A stretch of DNA of 64,000 nt, taken from IMG/VR virus record IMGVR_UViG_3300031688_000003, positions 32,001 through 96,000 of that record, one strand, 5' to 3'. Positions 57,701 through 63,793 of the stretch are shown here, piece after piece. Under the pieces are notes generated by a model, which saw nothing but the letters and a program-made list of their open reading frames with translations, made no database searches and was not told where the DNA came from. This stretch comes from a virus. Position 1 is the stretch's first letter, and each line of letters opens with the position of its first letter. A program made the position numbers and the translations under genes.

Positions 57701-58167
57701 TTAATAGTTTAAATTTAGATCAGATTGAAGAAGATATTAAATCATTTGGTAATATGGACGCTGCTGCAATGCAAGATCTTTATAATCAAGCTACTAATTC
57801 TGGAGCTTCTGTTAGTAATACTAACAAGTCTGTAAAGATAGATGGTACAAACATAAACAATGAACCTACAATTATTGAACCTGAGTTTAATTACACTGTG
57901 GATAGTATGCCTAAAGAGATTTCTGATGCAGCTATAGCAAGTACTCAGTTACTAATGTCTCAGCTAAGTGTAGAACCAAGTAAGGAGTCTAGTAAGTCAG
58001 ATGTAGAAATAGCAACTGTAAGAGATTGGTGGGCAGATATTAAAACAGATAAGTATGGAGCACAAAAATATACAAAGAGATCTGGTATTGATGGTATATT
58101 AAATGAATTTGATACCTTTGACGGCACAGCAGAAAGATTTATAGAAATAATAGAAAATTGTAAATAG
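42784..58167 (+). CDS. Giant virion-packaged DNA-dependent RNA polymerase (crAss-like, double-psi-barrel type) fused to an N-terminal translocation-like region, a zincin metallopeptidase and a GNAT domain (5127 aa)
   Basis: Catalytic GADFDIDKL (DFDID at nt 54793-54807, D4004/D4006/D4008) preceded by IRIPSQ (54676). DFDID is the motif of the phi14:2 gp66-type crAss vRNAP. HEAFH (49228) is followed by EEYLAD; EQGKGLG is the GNAT acetyl-CoA motif (~52504). Confidence 0.88.
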   Translation: MAEIDETTQGNTNLPQDQNISNQMVQEESIPESNVPQVSDINFEDIADMIGSPTGNLASLQLRDPVFEGMLRQAAIPINSAPPMTGLHSSSNPLPGKATQHYNPYEDSTPPDMTTIEGKKKMMMQGMHQAMVNPRQQKAPGYRSDLEYGIRETNFDRYYAHNKYDELGFHPFRNNEQIYNANATLWDDHARAWKQTSRTYWTGFTSSYDAIGDWLSGDGYLSPDRDGAEAFVDAMRIGNSSKEGVGGAAIRFGLNSGYTFGIISNIMAEEIVLAGVTALSGTGAAPVAAARTAQNVGRLKTAWNAFGTAFKTGVGQSTRISAGAKLMKDMNKVENARHFFTAVGEGALNFVTPGTMQAIRTLNTSKGVVRGAQSIKNANAVFGGFYRDMRQINLAIAESKLESGIVYNQMIDGLYHDYVAQYGDTPPSEKIDEIRQKATAASSATMGFNAPLIYLSNKIVLGTLFQGMGGGLSRLASRYEGKGAARLFRNSTVKPAAAKATTDVAKKTMYDGGSTFIKRLKNLGVKGSAGSVGAFALRYTGANFAEGIQELSQEVIAKTAEDYYTGLFLDPASIQNMLLDASLKDAINAQISPQGFEVFMSGFLMGGLVQPVQQGLMVGLPSLYQMGKGHYGTKQDKAKYQQYKKTKEEFLSKSLENLNLIAEDPLKYFDPTKLNAVEQKQINERLLQSSYSSDMLSFMDDKDQSMFSQLDYLYKTGKSSEFKYLLEDYTKLSDAELLEGFPEYTKEIKSGKLRGKLEKAISKIDEFKKGWDMVKMSYPNPYDPSEFMEGSAEWNITALQSLAYDHSTKLLMYSQDTFKRALERSNSIFERLSGESVISKFNTNDISALLDLKSLKTEMELLKSEIELGATTSEQKELIETKTKRLELLQNYFDIITNPENFTKRSEDNIAISAKTDMEATEETGDDTMEIGGQRYKAARKVTSEVGTFDRRKINKLTPAFNAYINFLAEQKGEFIHGNDMTDVLKDIVDYKFLKGRSQTYFRAIENLNNPEAMGDTAQRIAERLKIIFDRNKEDVEVAVKKYVNDLEKNELINQFASQLIYPDADQVILFFQEGIIPTIFQSPSGQITAQDNTGKWEAIQNLIKAYQNRPGTETTVQPGDAVTEDEINNEDEFDRLANQAEQKVTEISESTNAVLVTKWKSYVQSRVGTSGKVLSWNDWQNTKEAKNIKAIRAELDVVYLSNLTLDQQQQKSFDKWLIENQRTPEVYRILDSKGGSISDYIITDSDTAQTDKLDAGDVLTESPTGINILKKLVSSQSGDDEFFYEVVDNNMNNLHQQYVNVDPSIMDTYATMGEALKAQDAIIKLLPSNSTFPFQGRDFHYKQILQDNNKELFTVITTPSLFNKGGKLYLRPLEFANDPKKSFEVTDVGNYSPLDATNFKASSKQDNLLKLRQSEPIRLYARRADNETAEDAEVRLTDRLKEIPQEQVRAFTLKVSRNAKWESFLNEEPTNRGKLGTEEFNNPRLRIGSEELTVAVMHGREILGYLQGPTGSIILDAYDNVINPLSLTEDQAEEYFQIYKTSSTQLRTAAEQLQIIKNNYASSILLNKKLRDLLGSDQEADIPIAKIKGLDLRISPGEMSFAAKGKGVTFSELHSSTVDGKNIWVVDNRSDGNGGIITNITDDEVYEKTDALVSAATDQSGYNPLNTKSRYVAAVRLNNGTFTFVELKAGELTSDEKSQLTLDILNEQDKTLAENIDKENDEVKDATVNFAFNEKLKNDFYVFGKTGEFIDIELTARGDVQVIYRNTKKAGKDGKALRVTYTVNENELKGVKESANPFKEFLTVINNKIKFKDSSIEVKSGLKLSSDNFRSSIPKEATIQDLASVVTNFNKGLRENIRIEAVIADSAQINNILNNVELPSFVKNSVKEQIENTDQVLLEAESEAPELTPEYMRRLFAEGYVNIDTNIIKAIARKLATNIELSAAERTIYANNKNTQVRDDINLLKLTYRSGVIEEGGSTDIDIEGNPVVVEKSPSRKIADQIKDLEEESGKLEDKIWEDTYYSIASDEQIKADPSVIKEGNIAANDAIENSEELKSIEAKIAELKKNLAPKVINERLGQEHIEQIDEFITWSQQNLPDFIQIQDIRDLSARLKENGKTAGMFTLELNTLGNNIEGNIYVGAQTPFKYHEAFHGVFRMLLSEEEIRKYISLAKTEKLAALRKEGKKLSQALNELRTSHSIYNKLSKTELEHRLYEEYLADAFDAFKMKPKGTKTSSEIKSLFTRIIEWIKAVFNRFSKNELTTLFENIDSAKYSISSVQSNRFTTATETGITSAAPKVIAIDSFENTYTDPFTGQEIVSLSNIYMPANDQRQLIATVSALYRSYVERGDLLTMSKRDVLNTAIADYTKLLNPRRTYYTSESNGISFRSIRKKLKTYYKALKTNRDVIAENVTNYLAIFDAKYQIEQDAFEEHIHNEDNNIRKVDQYGKDASQIGGAMSLSTELRTFIATTVLSEQDLFGNTETLEGIPIVTTVDFNFAYSGLLKALSDKTTDLELLRALALFSSSNKNTAAVANNIFNEIGIIDPISLLDAEQLPEISNPNFLQKVIKGFNMFRVDYMFAHKDDDTGIVFLYAANKKDDAHSQIDHWSQHFDEVYPTLLTDDGKKKAVSLLNLFYSKLQNPKERSRNALDIESKDIAKKIYEQIGIQLNAETIKYSILSTKVVRKNWEEAIVSLGLSAGADPIVSEDIAELRNSISRGENIFLDNQTNIPENEAEEQSTPEVVEQSTGISSRLKKMANTNANFDETVGATVFRDPKGNLIYAHQMPTFHLVKIAEMSEANWASTKLEENKFFNRNYLLNNDKFLAHAKSGQLKVSRFIGSKEGRLTENEQGTLIENRGLNTNQKDGVSFGESTGAEFIADVLNSYVYNYNRNSQSVPLNPYDKNGKELFYITAPVDLKVLSDASTSDFVDLPIEKMIEQDESGDIKLTDHTLDALINNILQYEYDRVADELNAETTAKDVIEGFNTDIIKKGVQTGQRGKRFVRSRGFITSRKSKIKVLGGIKTPLMSEKTRADIAIGEQRIILRGGKALGKIGLDSGQESPISIDYKVEGETKFESFILKNKGLVSVDNINLDEYLTNLGEAKSTKPFAGKKKQNTAKLGDVTYYFQRGDDARFFNGTIQQYAYEFIPLGEANIEIGVEEVKTVSTQQTTEVKATAGTNYKIKKYDTGLESLLLSRGGKEIGHIDIDSSEKNIADEEVNAMYNANPERKTIVNIEINKAEQGKGLGKYLYKLAAKEYGTLRSDISISPEAFRVYESLVKEGYAKKITNIKQIEGNVGTFLIQDTAGQQTTESDVAYFESDTFVEETLINAAKEGLTFDQAVDRIGKDKLKGIIEERILTDFFDFRRLLTNTKATAKLSSELTEGLGMIVRPEKGKKGKAYHKVTNEGRKAMTLYNLKENDLDYNLAQIFMHGYVNARSFNDLLLGDHALLFENFTAETKRAKMQNASGPSAASAIVAPKLGINHTFMADNSISLFTYHDPKVQKRFSNGTIESTDAQMVGTVKSFRHLWFGVGKLSPAQSDLLDRIERGDVITAEDMWGDVKLGTEGYIKLNAIINSKKFVYGDGNVFAKMSFFMLSKGLTSYKNKFGEWVALPQMEELHNLRVKLEAAEKGTQKVSLAIPTSGSKMMKKNVITAKEMYGSKSILEIQEDYKDVNGSHRSITQGLNPKWMRLQVINPSNKLEGIDPRQMKQLATTEQTDNIEVVIGGVPISIKKIKEAYHKSVSDQVTLRYRNKRNLVFNLGTALDEIGKSVDINKVTVNLRSFLRYAISGLEASKSKTQMLEFFSFDEVGNPKFNLNNPITIDKFQELFLGYFSKGVLAGKQAEITAALVSSHGAKPMRKVLELDENGQPLRTQVIRMDEFKEMKTKPEIADKFIEIDNEPGKWVGLKVGDVILQKLQHNVYDPITKEYYSEFMMAAHHREVYKNLKPGDIIPIEIAEALGIRIPSQDKHSAMSLRLVDFLPVYYGSSAMFSDELIEISGADFDIDKLFMHIKEWYYAKGKFNEYGKSNTDKGRYAEYIRNVLSQVNKRGTAVSDAVTNWSTNDSAFLDEEETADLQDDLARQTASELKVNASLFKEAYSAKIISYVLEINDSITDEQVIKLYNKNEDLYGALQSLGLPVTLKEYKAYFEKNGEPYEAAINNDILDQRIALIGNEGIVKPKDGRQIGIGNEPADLEPLYEIRDYLKEEFPELADFANPEDIDPDNMLGLLETWNSIKTGEGGIGAAVRPNVVLNMLGENGIKVQSNIAAGRELNPQIRFNSTTFSEFATKYSIEGKGNDKAVRTQYLISSLITMMTDNAKERLADVLSINKNSLAVVTTLSSLGVPIKTSMLLLKNPIIKLGYDLAINKVSPMDPGISSILKKRLTFLNNDYEISTVPVTDAILTGAIMNDWVNPTLPLTSGFGTDMTGQTPEGYTDEEASLEYSVIKQFVNARRLTDYTGKLGSLVDLLAGFGRSTQDIDKAANDFKELGVGLSDSEFKKLKDKDGVAIPIDVRPIFEGNDFRATYYNIFKEFTEDLLPAVFITRTAEFVKMKEAVVANMISNNMLVDERRVNIIEKDVLSYLTMTSYKQFLLNSPDGAEKLGSLQNGLIYDDLGGENSVTIDNVITSVRNYFKAEGKENYFIEKFIYLDLASNDTNKAGINRAKANNWTQMSDSKVVDLQASFAEIYSEPALRTHAYDLMHYLLVKDGMQFKNNTFLSAIPGFMFDRVLNAISAGHTLLKSTTATDSSYNLVFGKSSEMLANDFVEGYLKSNQNGWLLPMVKSITTDEAQAAHINKEGNLIVNMFNGVKSFTEQKGTKVIKGKKYKFQREGKSIFVDQKSKQYKALAKNMGQLGGMGFKFENIKKGEKALELVLPLYVRNIYKDDFGTTYVKNFELQQTYREKRFSKSGDIMNMLDGEELVAKGYQAVYVPVELVGSNQVTPVSFALGEVPTYKSLRDKYKSDPMDGLINSLNLDQIEEDIKSFGNMDAAAMQDLYNQATNSGASVSNTNKSVKIDGTNINNEPTIIEPEFNYTVDSMPKEISDAAIASTQLLMSQLSVEPSKESSKSDVEIATVRDWWADIKTDKYGAQKYTKRSGIDGILNEFDTFDGTAERFIEIIENCK

Positions 58168-58169
58168 AT

Positions 58170-61100
58170 ATGGCAACTTGTTATAACAAAAATACTCCAC
58201 AGTATAAAGCTTTAGAAAAGAAATTTAAAAGCTCATTAAAGATTGACGGTTACATTGATGCATATCAACGTACTTCTAAATCAGATCAGATTCCTTCAGT
58301 AGCTAATGTTGAGACTATGCTAAAGAGAAGACAAACAATGTTATCTATAAAGAAAAGAGGATATAAGAAATCTATATTATCAAATTTGAGCAGAATGAAA
58401 TTAGTTAATAATCACTATGGTCAATACAAAGTTAATCATAGTAATCCAATTACAAGAACATATAGCCCTACTATATTAAACAGAAACTATCAGACTATAT
58501 TAAAAGTACTACAACATAATAGAATACCTATTGAAGCTGTAACTTTTAAGAACATATCTAACAATATAGTTTCTACTGAGCCAGGATACTTTGAATCATT
58601 TACAGTTGATATAAATGAAAACCTTCTTAAAAATTTAGATGAGTTAAAAGATACTATAGATACTAGTAAGACTAATGTAATTAGCATAATCAATCAATTG
58701 AAATCTACATTCCCTAATGTACAAGTAGATATTGTTTCAAATAAAGAAGCAGAAGAATACTATAATCTATTACCTGCTTCTAAGAGAGCTAAAGTACCTT
58801 TCAATTTAATTAACGCATATTACCAAGGTGGTGTAGTTAAGTTAATTGAAAACAAAGTAACTTCAGAGATTGCAGTAGAAGAAATGTTACATCCTTTTAT
58901 ATCTGCTATAAAGCAGGATAACAATAAGTTATATAAGAGTCTGTTAACTGAAGCAAAGAAGATGTTCCCTTTACTTAATCAAGAGATTGCTGACTCATAT
59001 ATTGTATCAAGAGGGTTTAGTCAAACAGATAGGGACTTAGAATTAGTAACCCAATCATTAGCATTACACTTTAAAAAAGAATATCAAGAAGCTCCTACAG
59101 AAAATTGGAAATCAAACATAGTAGATTTATTAAAATGGTTTTTAGATTTAGTTGGTAAGGTGTCTGACTATATTGTAGGTGATAAGTTAAGAATAACTGT
59201 AGATGTTTTAAAACCTACATCAAACCTAACAGATATTGCTAAGTTGCTAAACACAGATCAACTGCAGATACTTTTAAATACAAAGGTTGATGAGCAAGTT
59301 AGATACTCATTGGATCCAGAATCTAAAAGAGTTGTAGATTACGTAAAGGGTAAGAGTAATGATGTTCAGAAAGCTATTATAGACAACTTCTTTAATATTG
59401 TTACAAATTTAGACTTTGAAGTAAATCAATTGACTACGGATAACGTTATACTGGAAAGAGATACACATACATATGTAAACCTATCTGATTCAAGCATTAC
59501 ATATAAGTCATCAACTACAGCAATCAAAGGTCCACTTACTGATACAGAAGGTGCATATGAATTAAATAGATTAATAGGTAATGATTTTGACACTATACTT
59601 GAAAGCATTACAATGAATATACCTCTTGAAGAAATGCCTAAGTTAGATGTATTAGCTGAGGATGTAGCCAAAAGAGCATATGAAGCTTTGCAAAATTATA
59701 CATTTGGTATGGAAGCAGATGGTAGTGTATTAATACCACAGATAATAGTATCAGATAGAGAGAGTAAAATAGCAGGAATGATTGATCTATTACGTATTCA
59801 TCCTGATGGAAGTCTTACAATTATAGATTTAAAGTCAAGTAAAAACTCAAGTGACTCTTTTGGTTATACTGATATGGTCTATCCTGTTAGTGAAGGTAGT
59901 GTATTTTTTGATCCAAAAGATCCTGGTAAGAAAGTATTTACAACTAGCCAACAACATTCTATACAGACAAATCTATATAGAAGAATGCTAGAAAACATGG
60001 GGTATACAGTAACCCCTGAGTCACAAACATTTCATGTACTAGTTGGTATAGAAGGTAAAGGTAAGAATCAAAAGTTCACAGGTGAGTTCAAACTAGATGG
60101 TACAAAGTTTCATCCAGCTACACAGAGTAAAACATATGTAGATCAGATAGTTCCTTATAGAGTTAATGAGTCTTCAGAAAAAGCTTTAGAAGGTGCTCTT
60201 GAGAGTGCAGGAATATTTTCACCAGCTGATATTATAAATGATCAACCACAAGAACAAGCTCCTCAAAGTGACGCCCCTTCAAATGCTGCATATAGTTCAA
60301 TGTTTGACGTTGTAAAAGAATTTAAGAAAAATGTTATAACAAGAAAATCTGCAATTGAAAAGTTAAAGAGTAGTACTTTATTTAATATGTCTCAAACAGA
60401 ATACTTAGATGAACTACAACAAACTGTTTCTGCTATCAATGTATCAATGTTGAGAGGTACAGCAGATGTAGTGTTTACTGAGTTACTAAGAGATGGTATA
60501 AAAAAGATCAAGGATGTTACTGAATACTTAGGAACTAAAGAGAATTTTAAAAGTCCTGAGTATATCAAACATGTACTATATTGGAAAAAGTTTGTTGAAA
60601 CATACCGTGGATTAGTTGATATATCTAATGCTGATGGTTTAAACAAGACTCAATTACAATATAAAGAATTATTACAGACAGGTCTTAATGCACTTGTAGG
60701 TGAAAAGCAAAATGATGCAGGAGATAAACTACCAGGTATACTTGATAGTGCTTTAGAAAATTATGTAGTTGCATGGTCTTTGGATAAAACTAATAGAGAT
60801 GATATGACAGAGGATGATGTAAGAGCTATGTCTAAACATACTGAGGATATTGGCATGCTAGAACATTTAACAGGAGATCTTGACACTTCTGCTGATATGT
60901 TATCAGCTCTTATGGCTAAAGAATTTAAGGCTACAAAACAAAAGATGCTTGATAAGGTTGAGGATATTAGTGATGATATAAGAAATTCTGCAAATAACTT
61001 AATGATGGAAACTTTAGGTAATAAAGTTGACTATAAGTTTATGCAAGTTTTTGATGAGGATGGGATATGGACAGGGAGATATGTTAAGAAAATTGGTTAT

Positions 61101-63782
61101 CAGTACTACAGTAAGTTAGATCAATTATCTAAAAATTTAAGTGATACTGACGGAACCCCGTTGAGATATATAGAAAAAACAAACCTTGAAGATTATACAG
61201 CAAGTGATATAGAGCATAATCAGAAACTTGCTAAAGCAAAAGTAGAGTATTCAAAGTTTATGAATCCTGAAAAGACTAGTAAGCAAGGTTATTCAGACGG
61301 TGAATTTCATAAATTGACAGAGGAGTTTAAAACTGCTAGAAATAAAGTAATGGAGTATAGAAGATCTATACAGCAGTGGGTTAGAAAAAATGGTATATCA
61401 GATTTAGAAGTAGAGAACTTTAAAGGTAAGTACTATGATACAATAGAGTACTACAAGAAAAGTAAAGATGCCTATGGTGATTTTACTGGTATGGTTAAGT
61501 TAGATACTATGACAGTAATCAAAAAAGACAATGTAGAGAAGAGAGAAATATCTGCATCAGGAGAAGAAATGAGAGATAGTAAGTATTTAAGTATTATGGA
61601 TCCTCAGAATTCTTTACAGAGTGCAGAGAAACAATTTTACTTAATGTTTAGAAGAGTATATGAAGATGAGTTGTTACCTAAACTACCTAAAAATATTGGG
61701 TCAATGATGCTTGGTAGAAGTCCAGTTGTTAAGGATAGATTTCAAAAGGAGTTAGAAACTAAACCTGAATTTATCCAAGGTTTTTGGGCAAAGACTCAAA
61801 CAGGATTCCAGAATTTCTTTAATACAACTACAAAACAAGAGATAGTTGCATTTGATGAATTTGGTAATTTTGTTGAAGATACATTGCCTATTTTTTATGT
61901 AGGTCAACCTAGAACAGAAGCTGAACTTGTAAAGATACAAGATGAAATAGCTAGCAAAGTAAAACTTAGAAGTACAGCAAAGACTGCTGAAGAATTACAA
62001 GAAATTGATTCTGCTCTAAGTCAACTGAGACTCAATAGAACAAGATTACAAGATCAACCTACTAGAAGTCAGATGAGTACAGACATGACTGATAATCTTT
62101 TAAGATTTGCGGGGATGGCACAAAATTATGAAAGTCTTGGAATAGTTGAAGATACTTTTAAAGCTATAATGACTACTATGGCTAAAAGAAAATATGATCC
62201 AAAAGAGTATGGGGTATTTTCTAGAATAGGTAAGGGTGTTAATGCTAAATTAGAAAAGGTAGGTATAAGAGGTACAGGAAGTTCAAGGGGTGATGCCAAA
62301 ATATTACAGAGAGCACGTAAGTATATGAGTATGACTTTCTATGATAATGAAAAGAGAAGTCTTGAATGGTATGATAAACTGGCTGCCAAGATTGTATCTT
62401 TTTCATCATTAGGATATGTAGGTTTTAATGTCTTTGGTAATATTAATAACTTTGTGATGGGTAGAGTTAATAATGGTATTGAGGCTGCAGGTGCATTATA
62501 CTTTGATAGAGGTGCTTATGCTTTAGCTACATTAGAGTTTAATAAAAGAATGTCTACTGACATGTTTAATAAATGGGCTCATAATTATAATGGTGCATTT
62601 GGTAAAGGTAAATATAAGAAGTACATTCCTATTAGTAAATTTGAGGGAGCTGTTGATTGGTTTAGAATGTTAGATGATAAAACAGATATACGTGAAACTG
62701 TAAAGACTCCAGGTGTAGAAGGAAGAGCAATGAGAATAGTAGAGTCTGTAGGTTATTCTTTGAATGATGCTTTTGAATACAATGTACAAACTAAAACTGG
62801 TCTGGCCATTCTTTATACTCTTCAGGTAGACAATGGTAAAGCTGAAGGAGAGGGTGGTAGAGAGACTATGAGTTTGTATGATGCTATGCAATGGAATAAT
62901 ACCTCAGGTACTATGGACCTTAAAGATGGCTTTACTCATATCACACTTAAGAATGGTAAGAGAAAAGTTTTCAATGATGATGTTAGATATGAGATTAGAA
63001 ATTATATACGTGAGGTAAATAAGCAAATCCATGGTAATTATGCTAGAGAAGATAGAATGGTTATACAAGCACATACTATTGGACAACTTGCTGCACAATT
63101 TCATAAGTGGATTGCCCCAGCTATTAAGGCTAGGTTTAGAGCAGAGTACTTTGATGAAAACTTAGGATTTGTAGAAGGAAGATATAGGTCCATGTTGAAT
63201 TTTTTAGCATACTCAACACGGAACCTAACTCAAATAGGAAAACTTCAAAGTAACTATAAAGCCTTTAATGGTAAAGATGGTTTAGTTAAATTAAAAAATG
63301 TACATAGAACACTTGGGGAACTAGCAATATTCATGACAGTAGTGTCATTAAATTCATTACTGAAAGATTGGGATGAAGATGATGATGACTCTAAAAAATC
63401 AGCTACTAGAAAAAGATTAGAGAATGCACTAATCTACCAAATGAATAGACTACAAAAAGAATTAGTACTTTATTTACCTGTCTTTGGTGGAGCAGAACAA
63501 ATGCAAATGCTTGATGGTCCAATATCTTCAACAAGATTAGTTGGAGAATTTAGTGGAGCATTTATGGAGACACTAGGTTGGATACCACATTTACCAGCTT
63601 ATATGTCTAAAGAAGGACAAGAATTTGAAAACTGGAAAAAAGACTCTGGTCTATACTATACAAGAGGTACTAGAAAAGGAAAAGTAAAGCTTTCTAAAGA
63701 ATGGGGTGATGTAATACCAGGTTGGTATACTATTAATAGATGGTTAGCATTTGATAATATTAAAAACTTTTATGTCAAGTAG
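58170..63782 (+). CDS. Large virion-associated protein (1870 aa) with a degenerate zincin-like motif and a PD-(D/E)xK nuclease domain
   Basis: IAGMIDLL...IIDLKSS (59772-59840) followed by QQHSIQTNLY, a RecB/Cas4-like pattern. EEMLH at 58878 replaces HExxH. It directly follows the vRNAP, as in crAss-like genomes. Confidence 0.75.
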   Translation: MATCYNKNTPQYKALEKKFKSSLKIDGYIDAYQRTSKSDQIPSVANVETMLKRRQTMLSIKKRGYKKSILSNLSRMKLVNNHYGQYKVNHSNPITRTYSPTILNRNYQTILKVLQHNRIPIEAVTFKNISNNIVSTEPGYFESFTVDINENLLKNLDELKDTIDTSKTNVISIINQLKSTFPNVQVDIVSNKEAEEYYNLLPASKRAKVPFNLINAYYQGGVVKLIENKVTSEIAVEEMLHPFISAIKQDNNKLYKSLLTEAKKMFPLLNQEIADSYIVSRGFSQTDRDLELVTQSLALHFKKEYQEAPTENWKSNIVDLLKWFLDLVGKVSDYIVGDKLRITVDVLKPTSNLTDIAKLLNTDQLQILLNTKVDEQVRYSLDPESKRVVDYVKGKSNDVQKAIIDNFFNIVTNLDFEVNQLTTDNVILERDTHTYVNLSDSSITYKSSTTAIKGPLTDTEGAYELNRLIGNDFDTILESITMNIPLEEMPKLDVLAEDVAKRAYEALQNYTFGMEADGSVLIPQIIVSDRESKIAGMIDLLRIHPDGSLTIIDLKSSKNSSDSFGYTDMVYPVSEGSVFFDPKDPGKKVFTTSQQHSIQTNLYRRMLENMGYTVTPESQTFHVLVGIEGKGKNQKFTGEFKLDGTKFHPATQSKTYVDQIVPYRVNESSEKALEGALESAGIFSPADIINDQPQEQAPQSDAPSNAAYSSMFDVVKEFKKNVITRKSAIEKLKSSTLFNMSQTEYLDELQQTVSAINVSMLRGTADVVFTELLRDGIKKIKDVTEYLGTKENFKSPEYIKHVLYWKKFVETYRGLVDISNADGLNKTQLQYKELLQTGLNALVGEKQNDAGDKLPGILDSALENYVVAWSLDKTNRDDMTEDDVRAMSKHTEDIGMLEHLTGDLDTSADMLSALMAKEFKATKQKMLDKVEDISDDIRNSANNLMMETLGNKVDYKFMQVFDEDGIWTGRYVKKIGYQYYSKLDQLSKNLSDTDGTPLRYIEKTNLEDYTASDIEHNQKLAKAKVEYSKFMNPEKTSKQGYSDGEFHKLTEEFKTARNKVMEYRRSIQQWVRKNGISDLEVENFKGKYYDTIEYYKKSKDAYGDFTGMVKLDTMTVIKKDNVEKREISASGEEMRDSKYLSIMDPQNSLQSAEKQFYLMFRRVYEDELLPKLPKNIGSMMLGRSPVVKDRFQKELETKPEFIQGFWAKTQTGFQNFFNTTTKQEIVAFDEFGNFVEDTLPIFYVGQPRTEAELVKIQDEIASKVKLRSTAKTAEELQEIDSALSQLRLNRTRLQDQPTRSQMSTDMTDNLLRFAGMAQNYESLGIVEDTFKAIMTTMAKRKYDPKEYGVFSRIGKGVNAKLEKVGIRGTGSSRGDAKILQRARKYMSMTFYDNEKRSLEWYDKLAAKIVSFSSLGYVGFNVFGNINNFVMGRVNNGIEAAGALYFDRGAYALATLEFNKRMSTDMFNKWAHNYNGAFGKGKYKKYIPISKFEGAVDWFRMLDDKTDIRETVKTPGVEGRAMRIVESVGYSLNDAFEYNVQTKTGLAILYTLQVDNGKAEGEGGRETMSLYDAMQWNNTSGTMDLKDGFTHITLKNGKRKVFNDDVRYEIRNYIREVNKQIHGNYAREDRMVIQAHTIGQLAAQFHKWIAPAIKARFRAEYFDENLGFVEGRYRSMLNFLAYSTRNLTQIGKLQSNYKAFNGKDGLVKLKNVHRTLGELAIFMTVVSLNSLLKDWDEDDDDSKKSATRKRLENALIYQMNRLQKELVLYLPVFGGAEQMQMLDGPISSTRLVGEFSGAFMETLGWIPHLPAYMSKEGQEFENWKKDSGLYYTRGTRKGKVKLSKEWGDVIPGWYTINRWLAFDNIKNFYVK

Positions 63783-63793
63783 AACAGAAGGTG

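Noticed and set aside
472-63104. About 50 short ORFs (60-143 aa) in the ORF track that overlap the long genes, on either strand
   Set aside because: They are nested in or antisense to long, motif-bearing ORFs, show biased shadow-frame compositions and have no recognisable motifs.
39258-63782. Stop-codon reassignment (TAG to Gln), known in some crAss-like phages; several genes here end in TAG
   Set aside because: Genes of up to 15 kb are fully open in the standard code with no internal TAG or TGA. Read-through at 42781 and 58167 would not fuse in frame with the next gene.
42784-63782. Inteins or self-splicing introns in the giant genes
   Set aside because: I saw no Cys/Ser...His-Asn splice junctions, LAGLIDADG or HNH motifs, or frame interruptions.
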